Counted from the first letter of the stretch, positions 49,569 through 61,885 are shown. The stretch is 64,000 nt of DNA from Takakia lepidozioides (GCA_030704615.1 CM060732.1:26412001-26476000), one strand, 5' to 3'. Numbers and translations are program-made. The notes: generated by a model not told the origin, from the letters alone.

Positions 49569-52500
49569 CTAGAGAGCTTGTAATCTATGCAAGCGAATAC
49601 TTGACCTCTCAAACCCATTGATGTCTGGCAAACATCTTAATGGCTGCATTCTATCCATGACATCAATTATCTCTATCCCCTCTCTTCTTACGGACTCCTC
49701 AAAAAGGAGGAGTGTGTCTGGATTCCGTACAGCAGAGGCTACATACGCAACAGGCCGCGCTTTCAAGTCCTCGCCTGCAGGCTGCTCTCTTAGACCTGCA
49801 CCTTCTCTAGTGCTTTTGACAGATTGCGACTCTTTCCTCAGAACTGAGATTTCTGTTGAGAGAAGGGCAGCCAACACACGCACAAGGTGGGGCACGGTAG
49901 TAGGGTCATAGATTAAATCAGCTCCCAATCTGCACGGGATAAGAACCATGTTGTCAATGTACATCATAACTTCCTTCGCTATGCATGCCTTGTACACCTC
50001 ATCAAGCAGATAACGATCTTCATTCTTCCATAAGGCTGCAGGATCTGAACCAGCCTCCAGAAATACAATTGACAATTTAACGTTTTTTTGATTACCACAG
50101 CCAACAGCCTCTGAGAAATACCCAAAGGCCAACAGCCTCTTATCAAGTTGAAAGGACCATGTTTGACTCCAGGTTTGGATAAGAGTGTTGCTGTCTAGAT
50201 ATCCACTTATAAGCCAGTTGTTGAAACCTCAAGAAGCAGTGTCCATTTCGAGACGAGGGCTCAGTGCCTCAGGAATCCAACCGGAAAGTGTAGGCAACTT
50301 ACATGACATGGGCACCACAAGCATGCAGCTCCTCTTCAGAAGCTGTCTCCCACAGTAACTGTCGGCAGTCCACCTGCCCCACATGTACCCAAATTATTGC
50401 AAAAACAATAAGCTAAGCTTTGCTTGGATTTCAACTTCGGTTCCCAAAAGTTTGAAACTGATCAGATGTGATATTTCTCATCTACATTTTCAGTTGCCTA
50501 GACCAGACCACTTAAGTCATAATATTTGAAATGTGTATTGCAACATCACTGTCCCAAAATTGACACCATACTACTGCCATATGAAGAATATGGAAACCAA
50601 ATCGACGTTGCTTTTGAGAGTGTGGTGGAAGACGCATGCACATAACTTCCAGCCTAACATGGTTCAGAAAGTTGCCTTTGGTCATTTCTGCACATGTATG
50701 CACAAACAAATTCATGGGAGGGAACTCAATAGGTTTTGGCGATTCTGACCATGGTTGAGGTAGGTGTCCTTCCTTGATCAGACTTGACGCATTCCCTTCC
50801 CAGAATTTTGACATCATTGATTTCTAAGTTGTGCCTTAGATTGGCCAGTGTTGCCAAATCCCCATCTGTTAAAACTATCTGCACCAGAGCACCAACAGAT
50901 AAAAATGAGTGCACCAGTAACCAGTAACTCTCATCCTACCCATGGTGTTTCCCTTACATTCCTTTCTTACATGTACCATAAGAAAAGAACACACAACCCA
51001 ATAAACAAGGCCAGTTTCAAGGCACACTCTTTGAACAGGCGGATCAGAGACTGCAACCCTTCTCATCTGTCGTGTTTTAAAGTAAGTAGGGACGTCCATC
51101 GGTTCCATTACGCAATGGTAAATTAACATGCTTATTGAGAAATTAGCTTTGCTTTTCTCCCTGTGTACATATATGGGAATGTTGAGTGTTTGTAATTTTA
51201 CAGTTATCAGAATATATATATATATATACTGTAGACTGTAAATTCAGACTATCAGAAATGAATGAGGTACCTTGGAGGCAGCTAGTCGACTGAGGCAAAC
51301 GCCTATCATGCCTGCCCCAGAGCCCAGCTGAGGCCACAACGACACAAACAGAACAATAAGTTTGTTAAAATTTGACAGAGAAGAAGGGGGGGTCTCTTGC
51401 AAGTGTGACGAACGAAATAAACTGTTCAATGAACACACGCGGATGAACACTTTTAAGGGGAGCATGGCTGGATGGATACATCGAAAAACATAGCGAGTCA
51501 TCGGAAAGTGAGATAAAATGATGATACAGAGGAAAATGTGAATAAAAACAAACCTCAAGGCAGTTCTGACCAGAAACCAGCTGGGGATGACAAAGCAAGA
51601 ACTCGGTGAGGAGAAGGCTGGCTGGCCAAGTGTGGCACCTGCGATCATAGTGTTCATTAGTCTTTGAAGCCTACGCCCCACAGGGCTCAAGCAGTACAGA
51701 CATATCCTTTGAGGCTCTGATAATAAGATCCAAAAAATTGGTCTCTCAAACACTGGGTAAACTACTGCTTACTGCCTGGCTGACTGACCCATACCACTAT
51801 TTTCATGACAGCGTCACTAGCACTGCAAATGAGGTCATGAGACTTCCTGGTCTGTAAGATGCAAGGCACAGGTGAGTAAATGCCTAGTAATTCACCATGC
51901 TTGGCACACGACATAAGGTACAAAGTTCATTATATACAGCCACGAAAGCTGGCCCTCAATCATTCATCTCTTGTAAACAAAGACAATGAAACCGAGAAAG
52001 TACTTGTAAACAGAGAGACAACGAGCATACCCAGTAGCCCCTTCGAGCATGTTGAGTGAGACTCTCAAAGTGACAAGCCCTTCAGTGACCCGTGGTGATC
52101 CCTTTGCACTGCCGTTGTAAACCAGGCTCGTTCTTGCTTCGATTGGTACTGCATAGGCGAAAGTTCTGTAGCATTTCCCAGCAATTTCAGAGACCTGGTC
52201 CTGGTCATTGACAACCGTGGGAGTATTAAAGACGACAAAGGCACACTACACAAGACATGTAGAAATGCACCAAAGATACCAATGAAACTAAGTCTACAAA
52301 GACATCAAAAAAGGTATGCACCTGTTGTAGATGCAAGTAGTAGGCATGCAGCTCGTACAAAGCCTCTACAACCTCCTCACCGTCCCGCTCAGCAGCTAGT
52401 ATAACTTGCTTCAATGCGCTCCGCATGTAAAGCCTACTGGGTGGATACTGTCTGCAGATCTTCAATTCCAAGTATGTTCAGGACGGGGTGCGGGACCAGT

Positions 52501-53855
52501 TTCACCTGGGCAAAATTATTGCTACGTAGTACAGAATAAAAAGGTCGGAGACATGGAAACTGGATAGTGCCACCAGGCCAGAGAAAGAGAAGAGGCAGAT
52601 ACAACATGTAAGCCATATAAAATCAAAGGGAAGAGAAAGGAACTTTCAATAGCAATAAATCAGGAGAACCCTCCATCTCCAATATGCAATGTCAGTTACC
52701 ACTTTTTGAAAAACAGGTAGGCAGGAAACCACCAATATACTCTCACTTCAAAGACACATTTTGGCCGAAGTTGTAGAGGCACATATGAACAAAACCATCT
52801 TTCATTTCATAATCCTGCAACATAGTCACCCAATTTCTTTCTGAAGGACCATGACGTGTACCTGGTCATTGATACACTTCTCCAGGAAAAACAACTGGGC
52901 ATCTAGTGAGAGGGTGCCACCGCCCAAATCTCTGCATCCATAGTCACAGTTGAGCTGTGAGCTTATGACATAGTGACGAAATACTCTGAAGAAACTGCAA
53001 AAAGTAGTGCAGCTTGCTTCCAAGTCAAGCCCCCAATAACACACCCCAAAATAAACTATATATGTCGCATTGCAGGTACACATTAACCATTGTTAACAGA
53101 AGTGAACACATTCGTGAACAGTTCTGGCAAAGAGGAAGTTTTGTACCTAGTCTTTCCTAGCACTTGCACTTACTGAAGTAAGAGCCTGAAAATGTGGCTC
53201 AGCTAGCTTTGGCTTAATAGAGGGGTCTTTACCATATCTGTGCTGAGACACAATGTTCATAGAGTGATGCTGATAATAATCCCATTAAAAGTTTACTTGC
53301 CAGATTCTGGATCCCAATACATTGAAACATTTTTTTTGTCTACATCAACATGAGAGCCTAACATCCACATTGCCAAGCAAAGACAATGAGGCTCCTCTTC
53401 AGACAACTGTTGTAGATGTTTTGTAGCACTGTATTACATCAAAGGGCTGATTCCCACGGCGAAGTATTTACAGATAGGCTTTTAAATAAGACGCCCAACA
53501 GAGCAGGCGGAGACCACCCCACCTCAGTAGATACAAAAGGGGTTAAGGTCCAGGGTTGAATTCCATCCTCAGGTTCCTGGTACAAAACCTGAGATTTCAG
53601 AGCACGACGTCGTGACTGTCTTACTTTTCATTGTCCTACAGACCAACACAGGAAAAGGTAAATCAGGGTGCATACTGAGCTCAAGACAACAAGTGGCTTT
53701 TTCACCGCTGGAAAAAACAGGGCAACTAAGCAGTGTTGCCTGGGGGCTGTGGACAAGGTGTGCACACATTACCTCGCAAGAGAGACAAGAACAGAAGTGG
53801 GTTCCATAACACGAAATGCAGCTAACAAGCCCTTCCCCCGCTGCATCTCACCCAT
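49569..53855 (-). CDS. EEF2KMT: FAM86/EEF2KMT-like SAM-dependent protein-lysine methyltransferase, 9 exons
   Basis: Exons 53855-53773, 52931-52862, 52459-52322, 52200-52031, 51638-51554, 51327-51271, 50878-50750, 50373-50303, 49929-49569 join in frame. Motifs YPPSRLY..LK (FAM86 N-terminus), EGATGCHTWPAS, LELGSGAG, LTDGD, GADLIYDP, VRNPDT. Confidence 0.9.
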
Positions 53856-54284
53856 TGCCTTCAAGTTCCAAGTATCACTGCTTTCTGTCTACGAATCAGC
53901 GCACCCGACAGAAACACTGATGATTTAAACGATTAGGTTTACAAGGAACCAGCGCTAATCCCCCGAAGTTCAACATGCCACTAACCGCACCCGGTACACA
54001 CTTGCTTCCTCCATCCAATGCCCCTGCGATTTATCCACTTCCTCTCCCTCACTCCATTACTCCTCCTTGCTCAAAAATTGCACCAGAGCCGATTGAGGCC
54101 AGCCTTATCATAAGCAGGCAATATACAAATCGACGGTATCCACCTCACAATTTCTGTCCCTGCATCTTCTCGGCCAACACGATCTATTAGCGATAGATTC
54201 GGGACGGAATCGATTGGTAAGGGTGGATGAAAGTACATAACCCATCGCTCCAAACCATCTCGCTTTTCCAAGCGGGGGCGGGTG
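53856..54284. promoter_or_regulatory. Probable bidirectional promoter region
   Basis: About 430 bp between divergent start codons. Depends on the inferred first exon of the PPR gene. Confidence 0.5.
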
Positions 54285-54841
54285 ATGGCAGCGCGTTCCT
54301 TTGCTCTTTCGAGCGCGCAGGAAGTGGTCATCATACCTGGCCCCCTGTCGTCTTCTGGTGCATCATGCAGCAGATCTGCCAGCCAGGGTGTGGAGCTCAA
54401 ATGGGTGTCCATCCGGGCAATGCCGACCCCAAGATCCTTGCGCGTGGTGACCATGACGCCTGCCCAGGATCCAGCGTTACCCAAGAGAGGTATATGCACA
54501 TCAATGTTGGTGTACTTTTTTGGATCTGTAAAGTGTTGTTGTGGGAGCGACCCAGACTCCAATTTAAATCCTTTAGTCCCAGTTGTTCATCAGGAAGCTC
54601 TGTAAATTTGTGCCGCAGCTCCTTCACTTCGGAGCAGCAATTTCATGTGGCCTCACGAAGCTTGGCCGTCATCACCAACTCTGATATATCAAAGAGGGGC
54701 TGCCCTTAAGATGTTCAAGGACTTCAAATTTTCATTCACCCTCTTCTGCCACGACTTGGCCTTTTGAATGTGAGCCTTCCAGCTGTAATCCTGGGACAAT
54801 TCCCAGGTATGTTTAAAATGGGGAAGAGATCTCTTTCTCAC

Positions 54842-54886
<45 letters not shown>

Positions 54887-57712
54887 TACTCGTTGTTTGC
54901 CGTAGCCTTTTGGCCGCGAGAGAGAGAGAAGTTCATCTCATGGAAAGCCTGAACTACCACTCCTGCTCTAGCCACAGGTCGATTAGGAGCTGCTAAGGGT
55001 ATATATGTTTGAACATTAGAACTCCTTAACAGCAACTGAGACTGTGGAAAAAGCTGGTAAGAGCTAATGTTCTTTCAGTTGTTGTACGCAGATCAAACTA
55101 TGAGCACAGAACAGCTCTGGCAGGACTTCTTCTCAGATCCTTCACAGTGGTGGGACAATAGGTTTGATAAGGTAAGGCTGTCGTCATTCTGGAGGTGAGT
55201 ATGTGAAGGAGGGCTTGTTGGCACTGCAATGTTTAAACTTCGATTGCTTCTCCAAACTCCTACATTAGTGACAACTTTCCCCTTGTCCTGGAAATGCATT
55301 CAGAGTGGTTCAAGCTGTTGTGATGAAGGTTTTTCCCCATTTGAGAGATGCATGGAGCTTCGGTGGTTGTAGCCTAAAGCAATGTCTGCTTAGCTTCCCA
55401 TTGGTGTTTTTCACAGAAAGGTCCGAGATCACCAGACTTCAGACATAAGCGCACAAGGGAGGTCCTTTGGATTGAGGGATGGTCGAACCCTCCTTGGGTG
55501 AAGGCAGAGCTATCTGCCATGACACAAGGTCGACCACAATCTGGTGATGGTTCTTATGCCAATGTACACCATGGAGCTCCAGCCCGCGAATACAACGGGT
55601 ACTGTTTTGATGATTTAAGGGTTCTAATGGAAACAAAATAGATTGGTACAGGTACTGAGGCACATTAGTGTTTACTCCTTTTAATAGGTAGAAAGGATCT
55701 TGTTCCCATGACGAGATCTTTATTTGAAAGCTTTGGATTATACTTGTGAGTTTGAGTGTAGGTTTCTAATTAAGAGTCCAGAGTCATTCAGGATGGCAGG
55801 GTTGCATGAGGCTCAGTTGTTTGAATCGGCAAGCCCCACCATCACTACTTTTCGAAGAGGAGCAAGAGAAGAAGTCAACAAGAACTCTTCTGGCATTTGT
55901 GAGGATGTGAGGAGACTATGTAAGACAGGACAACTGAAGGAGGCACTGCACATTTTGACCCAACAAGGCATGCGTTCCGACTCCCATTCTTACGTTTCGG
56001 TCTTGCGGGAGTGCATCAATGTAAAGGGCCTCGTGGAGGGGAAGCAGGTGCATGCTCACATTATACAGAGTGGATTTAAGCCAAACACCTTTGTACTCAA
56101 TACCCTTGTCAACATGTATGCCAAGTGTGGGAGCTTGATGGATGCCCGCCAAGTGTTCGACAAAATGCCTGAACGAACTAAGTGTTCTTGGAACATAATG
56201 ATAGCAGGGTATGCGAAGCATGGATGTGAGAGAGAGGCTTTCGAGATCTATGAGCAAATGATAAGGGAAAGGGTGATTCCTGACAGGGTCACTTTCATTT
56301 GCATTCTCAATGCGTGTGCAAGCCAAGGAGCGCTGCAGAAAGGCAAAGAGGTCCATGATGACATCTTCAAAGCTGGAATTGTGCCGGATATCAATCTGGA
56401 GAACACCCTTGTTGACATGTATGCCAAATGCGGGAGTATAGAGGATGCACGTCAAGTGTTTGACAATATGGCACAACAAGACGTGGTCTCCTGGAATGCA
56501 ATGATCGGAGGATATGCTCAACAAGGGTGCAGTAGAGAGGCTTTCAAGACCTACGAGCAAATGCTACGGGAAGGGATCACACCCAACAGGGTGACGTTCA
56601 TTTGCGCAGTCGATGCATGTGCCAGTCTAGGAGCCCTGGAAAAAGGCAAGGAAGTTCATTCTGCCATCGTAAAGGCTGGAGTTGTGCCGTATCTTAATTT
56701 AGAGAATACCCTTGTCCACATGTATGCAAAATGCGGGAGTGTAAAGGATGCACACAAAGTGTTTAACAACATGCTTGAACGGGACGTGGTCTCATGGAGT
56801 GCGATGATTGCAGGCTGTGCTCAGCATGGGTATGGTAGGGAGGCCCTGCAACTATTTGAACAAATGCAACAACAAGGGATCAAGCCGAACAGTATCACCT
56901 TTGTATCTGTTCTTTCTGCATGTAGCCATGTGGGCCTAGTGGATGATGGGTATCGCCACTTTGAGTCCATGAGTCAAAATTATGGCCTTACTCCTATGGT
57001 GGAACATTTTGGCTGTATGGTGGACCTTCTTGGCCGTTCAGGTCGCTTGGAAGAGGCAGAGGATTTCATTAACAATATGCCAATCAAGCCAGGTACTGTG
57101 GTGTGGAAGGCCTTGCTTGGTGCCTGCAGAATTCATGGTAATTTGGAGGTAGCAGAACGTGCAGCAGAAAGCATTCTCAACGATGATCCACAAGATGCTG
57201 CAGCGTATGTGCTGCTATCCAACATCTATGCTGCAGCTGGCAGGTGGGCTGACAAAGCAAAGGTGAGAAAAATGATGGAGGACAGAGGTGTCAAAAAGCT
57301 GGAGCCAGGACGCAGCTGCATTGAGGTCGACAATCAGGTGCATACATTTGTTGTAGAAGACAAATTGCACCCACAGATTGAGGAAATCCATGCTGAGCTG
57401 AGGAAATTGTCTGGGCAAATGAAGGAGGCTGGATACGTGCCTGACACGCGCTTTGTATTGCATGATGTGGAGGAGGAGCAGAGGGAAGTTTCTCTTTTCT
57501 ACCACAGTGAGAAGCTGGCCATTGCTTTCGGGCTTATCAGCACACCACCTGGAGTACCTATCCGTGTCATCAAGAACCTTCGAGTTTGTGGTGACTGCCA
57601 CATTGCCACCAAGTTCATCTCTAAGATTGCTGGGCGAACGGTTATTGTACGGGATGCCAACCGCTTCCATCACTTCCAAGATGGGATTTGTTCTTGCAAG
57701 GATTACTGGTGA
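54285..57712 (+). CDS. PLS-E1-E2-DYW PPR RNA-editing factor with an inferred N-terminal transit peptide and OSB-type PDF motif
   Basis: Last exon (about 55792-57712): L-S-P-L-S-P-L-S-P2-L2-S2-E1-E2, PG box (PGRSCIEV), HSEKLA, CGDCH, DYW*. Inferred upstream exons 54285-54489, 55092-55171 and 55417-55598 join in frame with GT-AG. The PPR-DYW part is secure; the 5' exons are inferred. Confidence 0.85.
54844..54883 (+). repeat. (GA)n microsatellite
   Basis: About 20 GA units. Confidence 0.95.
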
Positions 57713-57782
57713 GACAGGTAGAAAAGGTGACACGTCATTACATTTGAAAGCAAACAGTCAGGTTGAAATTTATACATGACAA

Positions 57783-58400
57783 CATACCAGCCTTGATGAT
57801 GAGCATGCACCTCTTTGTCCTTTTCCAGGGCTCCTATGCTTGTGCACGCACTGAGACCGCTAGTGAATGTGACACTGTTAGGGGTTACCCCTTCCCTTTG
57901 GATTTGCTCTTAGATCTTGAAAGCCTCCCTACTACCATCCATGATGAGCATATCTAGCAATCATGACAGTCCATGAGACCGCGTCTCGCCCGGCCATATA
58001 GTTGAACACTTGATGCACATTCTTCATGCTTGTACATTTGGCATACATACTAACAAGGGTATTCTCCAGACCTATACATGAGACAGAAATGAATGTGACC
58101 AGTGTCTGGCGTCAACCCTTCCCATTGCATCTGCTTATAAATCTTGAAAGCCTCCCTAAAGCACCCATGCCTGGTATGTCCTGCAATCATTATGTTCCAC
58201 GTAATCAAAGTCTGCTATGAGCCCCCCCTGCGAGTGTCTGTCCAATTAATACCTGTAGAGGATTGTGCCCTGTCCTCCTGTATGTGTCAAAACTCTGGAG
58301 TTTCAATCCTTTTCACTCATCATATCACACATCTCAAGCCCCTATATCTCTTCATGAGGATGGATCTCCTTCTCGCAGCACAAGTAGCAGGGTTAAGAAA
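57783..58400 (-). pseudogene. Inverted degenerate PPR fragment with its preceding intron
   Basis: Reverse complement of 57783-58070 aligns with 56395-56685. 58280-58375 resembles the intron end 55690-55791. Confidence 0.85.
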
Positions 58401-58641
58401 CCATTGCAGTCATCCTGAGAATAAAGTTAAGCGATTCTCTGTTTGTGGTGGAACACCTGCATCACCATCAAAATAATATGAGTTGTACAGACTACAGACC
58501 CCCCATTGACAGTCGTCCGCCCCCTGATGGGGCTGTCCTCTGCTGGACCCCCATACAATCCCACGAGGGTCACCACAAAGCGAGAACAGAACCCACTTTG
58601 TATCAGCTTGGCCAAGAGAAAAGTAGACCTCAATTCAGACC

Positions 58642-59904
58642 TCAGACCTCGCTCAGAGTGGGCTCAAACCGAAATGTATCTTCACTCAACTCTGGACCAT
58701 CATTAGCTGAACGTTCAATCCAGCCGCTTTCCCAAGATCCCTTGAGAAAGTTGTACTTCATGATGCAGTCGTCACGATGAGTGGTAATGAAAAGAACATC
58801 TCCATGTACAGCAACACAGGCCCGCTCAAACATCTGAAGATACGCTCTCATCAGCGTAGCCATAGGATCAGGCATCTTGGCGATCAGCGTGAACTCGTTC
58901 ATAGCTGGTTCATACCTTCGGAGGACCACAGGGATGGGCCACTTGATTTTGGGCAATGTCGCCTCCTCAATTTCATAAACCAGTACAATGAGAGAACCTT
59001 TGTAGGTCAGAAGGCGAACCCCAGCTGCACCCCAGTAGTGCGCATCACCAGGAATTTTGAGGTAGTCTTCTACAAGGCAGCCCTGTTGAACGTCAAAAAT
59101 GATGAGCCCAGGGCTTCTACTGTAGCTGTCCTCCACCAACATGTAAACGAAGTTGCCAATTGCGATGCTCTCCAAGGTCTGGCAGCTACTAGCTGTAGTA
59201 AAACTACCCCTGCGAAATGGAAGGACATCATGGGTAGTAGTCCATGCCCCAGTGGAAGAGTCATATACCATCTGTTCCTCCAGACCAAGCAAAACTACTC
59301 TGTACGTAGTTTTCTTTGAATCCATCACCACCACCTGTATCATATAGCTCTGTAAGGCCTCTTGACTAATTACAGGCGGGAGTCTCCTCCACGTCTTCCT
59401 GACCGGGTTGCACATCCACAGATGAGAACCTGCATCCAATATGCACAACAGCCCCCCACATGTCGCTACCACCTCCAGATGGTGATCCCAGCTCAAAGGA
59501 AGAGGAAGAGCCGGATAACCTGTAGGCAGGTTGAGCCATCTTTTTGTACCGAAATCATACATGGTGATGCGCAGGCCACATTCCGCCAGCTTGCCCACCG
59601 GATGAAGTGTCTGGAAAAGCTGGTAGGACTCGCCAACATGTCTCCAAACCTCTGCTTGCATGCGCATGAGGTAAGAAGACGAAGTCAAACACTTCCACGC
59701 TTTACTCACAGCTCGACACTGAAATACAGTTGAATCAAGCATTGGGTCGAGGTGCGCCACAAATTTCTCCAGCAGGTCCTTGGGTAGCGCTCCCCACACC
59801 CTTGGGTCCATGGTGGCCGTCGCAGTCCTACTTGACTGAGTGGATACTTCAAATGAGTACCATCGGGAATTCAAATTCGGATCTGAATTCTCCAAACCAT
59901 CCAT
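58642..59904 (-). CDS. Intronless F-box protein with a kelch/beta-propeller-like C-terminus
   Basis: MDPRVWGALPKDLLEKFVAHL..CRAVSKAW (F-box); VVATCGGLLC..WMCNPVRKTWRRLP; VYDSSTGAW. The true start may be the ATG at 59811. Confidence 0.88.
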   Translation of the reverse strand: MDGLENSDPNLNSRWYSFEVSTQSSRTATATMDPRVWGALPKDLLEKFVAHLDPMLDSTVFQCRAVSKAWKCLTSSSYLMRMQAEVWRHVGESYQLFQTLHPVGKLAECGLRITMYDFGTKRWLNLPTGYPALPLPLSWDHHLEVVATCGGLLCILDAGSHLWMCNPVRKTWRRLPPVISQEALQSYMIQVVVMDSKKTTYRVVLLGLEEQMVYDSSTGAWTTTHDVLPFRRGSFTTASSCQTLESIAIGNFVYMLVEDSYSRSPGLIIFDVQQGCLVEDYLKIPGDAHYWGAAGVRLLTYKGSLIVLVYEIEEATLPKIKWPIPVVLRRYEPAMNEFTLIAKMPDPMATLMRAYLQMFERACVAVHGDVLFITTHRDDCIMKYNFLKGSWESGWIERSANDGPELSEDTFRFEPTLSEV

Positions 59905-60714
59905 GCCGCCACACTCACAACTTGCAGAAGCTTCCTTCTCTTCCCAAGCAAGTCCCGTTCACTCCGAGATGATGAAATCTATCTTTCTGTCTGCAAATTC
60001 GCTTCTACTCGGCCAACCCTTCACTCACTCTCCGAACTCCACACAATCTCTCTCTTCCAACACCATCACGATCGAGCAGACAGAAGAGCCTACACACAAC
60101 TCAAAGAAGGAACCAGCCACTTTTCCAATGTTGCGGAGCCCACACGTGTCCCCCAGCTGTATAGAGTGTTTGAGACGGAACACATGGCGATGGTGGGGCA
60201 CGCCCACCTTCTTCTCCAAGAATGGCAGCTGGGCATTCGGGGATGGGATGTGGGCTGTAGACGTTGTCCACCCTGCTGCCTTCTCCAGACCGCATTGCAT
60301 CGACATTCTTCTCCAGTACTTTCAAGCCAAGAGTCGAAGAGGGCGGGGCTTATGAACTAGGGGATGAGCCAGGGCCCGCGTCACATTCAGCAAGGTAAGT
60401 GTCAACCTCATTGGCAGTGTGGACCGTGACACGGAGATCAAATACTTGGATACTGGAAAATTGCTGGCGAAATCTAGCCTGACACTGATAGATGTTCCTA
60501 GCTGGTAAGCTATTGTTGTCCTACCAGAGAGAGATCGACCGACAGCGGGAGATGGGCTTCTACAAGGGGTGGTGTTTGCAAAATGCTTCATACTTGATTG
60601 CAATCCAACTGAGCAGGGGTTTTTATATGTCTGTCTAATTGGCTGTGATTTCGTTCCCTGTACAGTGAGATGGAGCAGAGAAGTTGCGGGTTACAAAGTG
60701 CACATTGCTATTAT

Positions 60715-61325
60715 TTTCGAAGGAGCCTCTCCTCATGAATTGATGCTTCTTGAAGAATATGGGAGCTTTGAGATTTGTTCTATGAGTTTGATGTGTCAAT
60801 GGTTATGTCTAAGAGTTTTGAGACAAACAATCAACAATAACTCTTCTGGCACTTGTGGAGATATCTGCAGACTCCAGTACATATGGTTGTCTCTTGCAGG
60901 AGTGCATCAAGATGAAGGGCCTAGGAGAGGGAAATCAGGTGCATCCGTTATTCAAAGTGGGTTCAAGCCAAATGTCTTTTCAATTGAACACCCTGGTCAA
61001 CGCGTATGCCAAGTGCCAAAGTTTGGTAGATGCACGCCTAGTGTTTGACAAAATGCCTGAACTGTTACTCGGAATACATGATGGCAGGATATGCCCAAGC
61101 ATGAGTGTGGTAGGGAGAGGCCTTGGAGATCTATGAGCAAATGACAGGAGAAGGGCTGATGCCCAACAAGGTCACCTTCATCTGTATTCTAAAGGCATGT
61201 GCCAACCTGGGAGCCCTGGTAAAAGGCCAAAGGATGTTCATGCTGACATCATCAAAGCTGGAGTTGCACCAGATATCATTGTGGAAACTGCCCTTTCTGC
61301 CATGTATGCCAAGTGTGGGAATGTT
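60715..61325 (+). pseudogene. Degenerate PPR fragment paralogous to the 55.8-kb exon
   Basis: AACAATAACTCTTCTGGCACTTGTG resembles 55876-55901. TYGCLLQECIKMKGL, NTLVNAYAKC, PNKVTFICILKAC with frameshifts. Truncated by a LINE fragment. Confidence 0.85.
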
Positions 61326-61329
61326 CAGT

Positions 61330-61885
61330 GATCCCTCTTCCTCTCCTGAGAGATTGGCAGCAGTCTCTCATGTGCTTGGTCACATCCACTACTCCTTATC
61401 CGAAGAGGATCTTAAGCCTCTCAGCCCCTTTTTCGGAAGAAGAACTGGGGAAGGCAATTCGGTCTCTTCCTCCATTCAAATCCCCTGGCCCTGATGGCAT
61501 CATAGTGGATAGTTCTTCAACTGCATGACAATCGCTGGCGACTTCACGAGCGTGGCCAATGATATTCTGACTAAGGGAATCATGCCATCCCAGATATCAG
61601 AAGGTATCATTACGCATTTACAAAAAAGGTGATAGAGAAGTAATCTCTAACTACAGGCCATCACCCTGGTCAACTCCTCATACAAGATTTTCGCCAAGGC
61701 CTTGGCTTTTCGTTTGCAACCTCTCCTGCCTAAGCTAATTCGCCCTGAGCAATCCGGCTTCATGAATGACCGCATGATAGTGGACAACATCCTTTTGGCC
61801 TTTGAGGCTCTTCGCTCTGGAGAAAACTCAAATCAGCCCCTGGCTCTATTACCGTTAGACTTCGAAAAAACTTTCGATTCTATCC
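61330..61885 (+). mobile_element. L1-type LINE RT fragment
   Basis: PFSEEELGKAI..KSPGPDG, SYKIFAKALAFRL..EQSGF..DNIL, LDFEKTFD. Confidence 0.85.

Noticed and set aside
55724-55791. ORF-track N-terminus MKALDYTCEF of the PPR protein
   Set aside because: Starts at TTG and lies in the inferred intron.
57290-57712. U-to-C (KP-type) DYW domain
   Set aside because: Has a PG box, HSEK and a DYW end, typical of C-to-U editors.
60100-60700. PDF exons upstream of the 60.8-kb PPR remnant
   Set aside because: Only a lone 'WRWWG'; no WWDNR or PDF.HK found.
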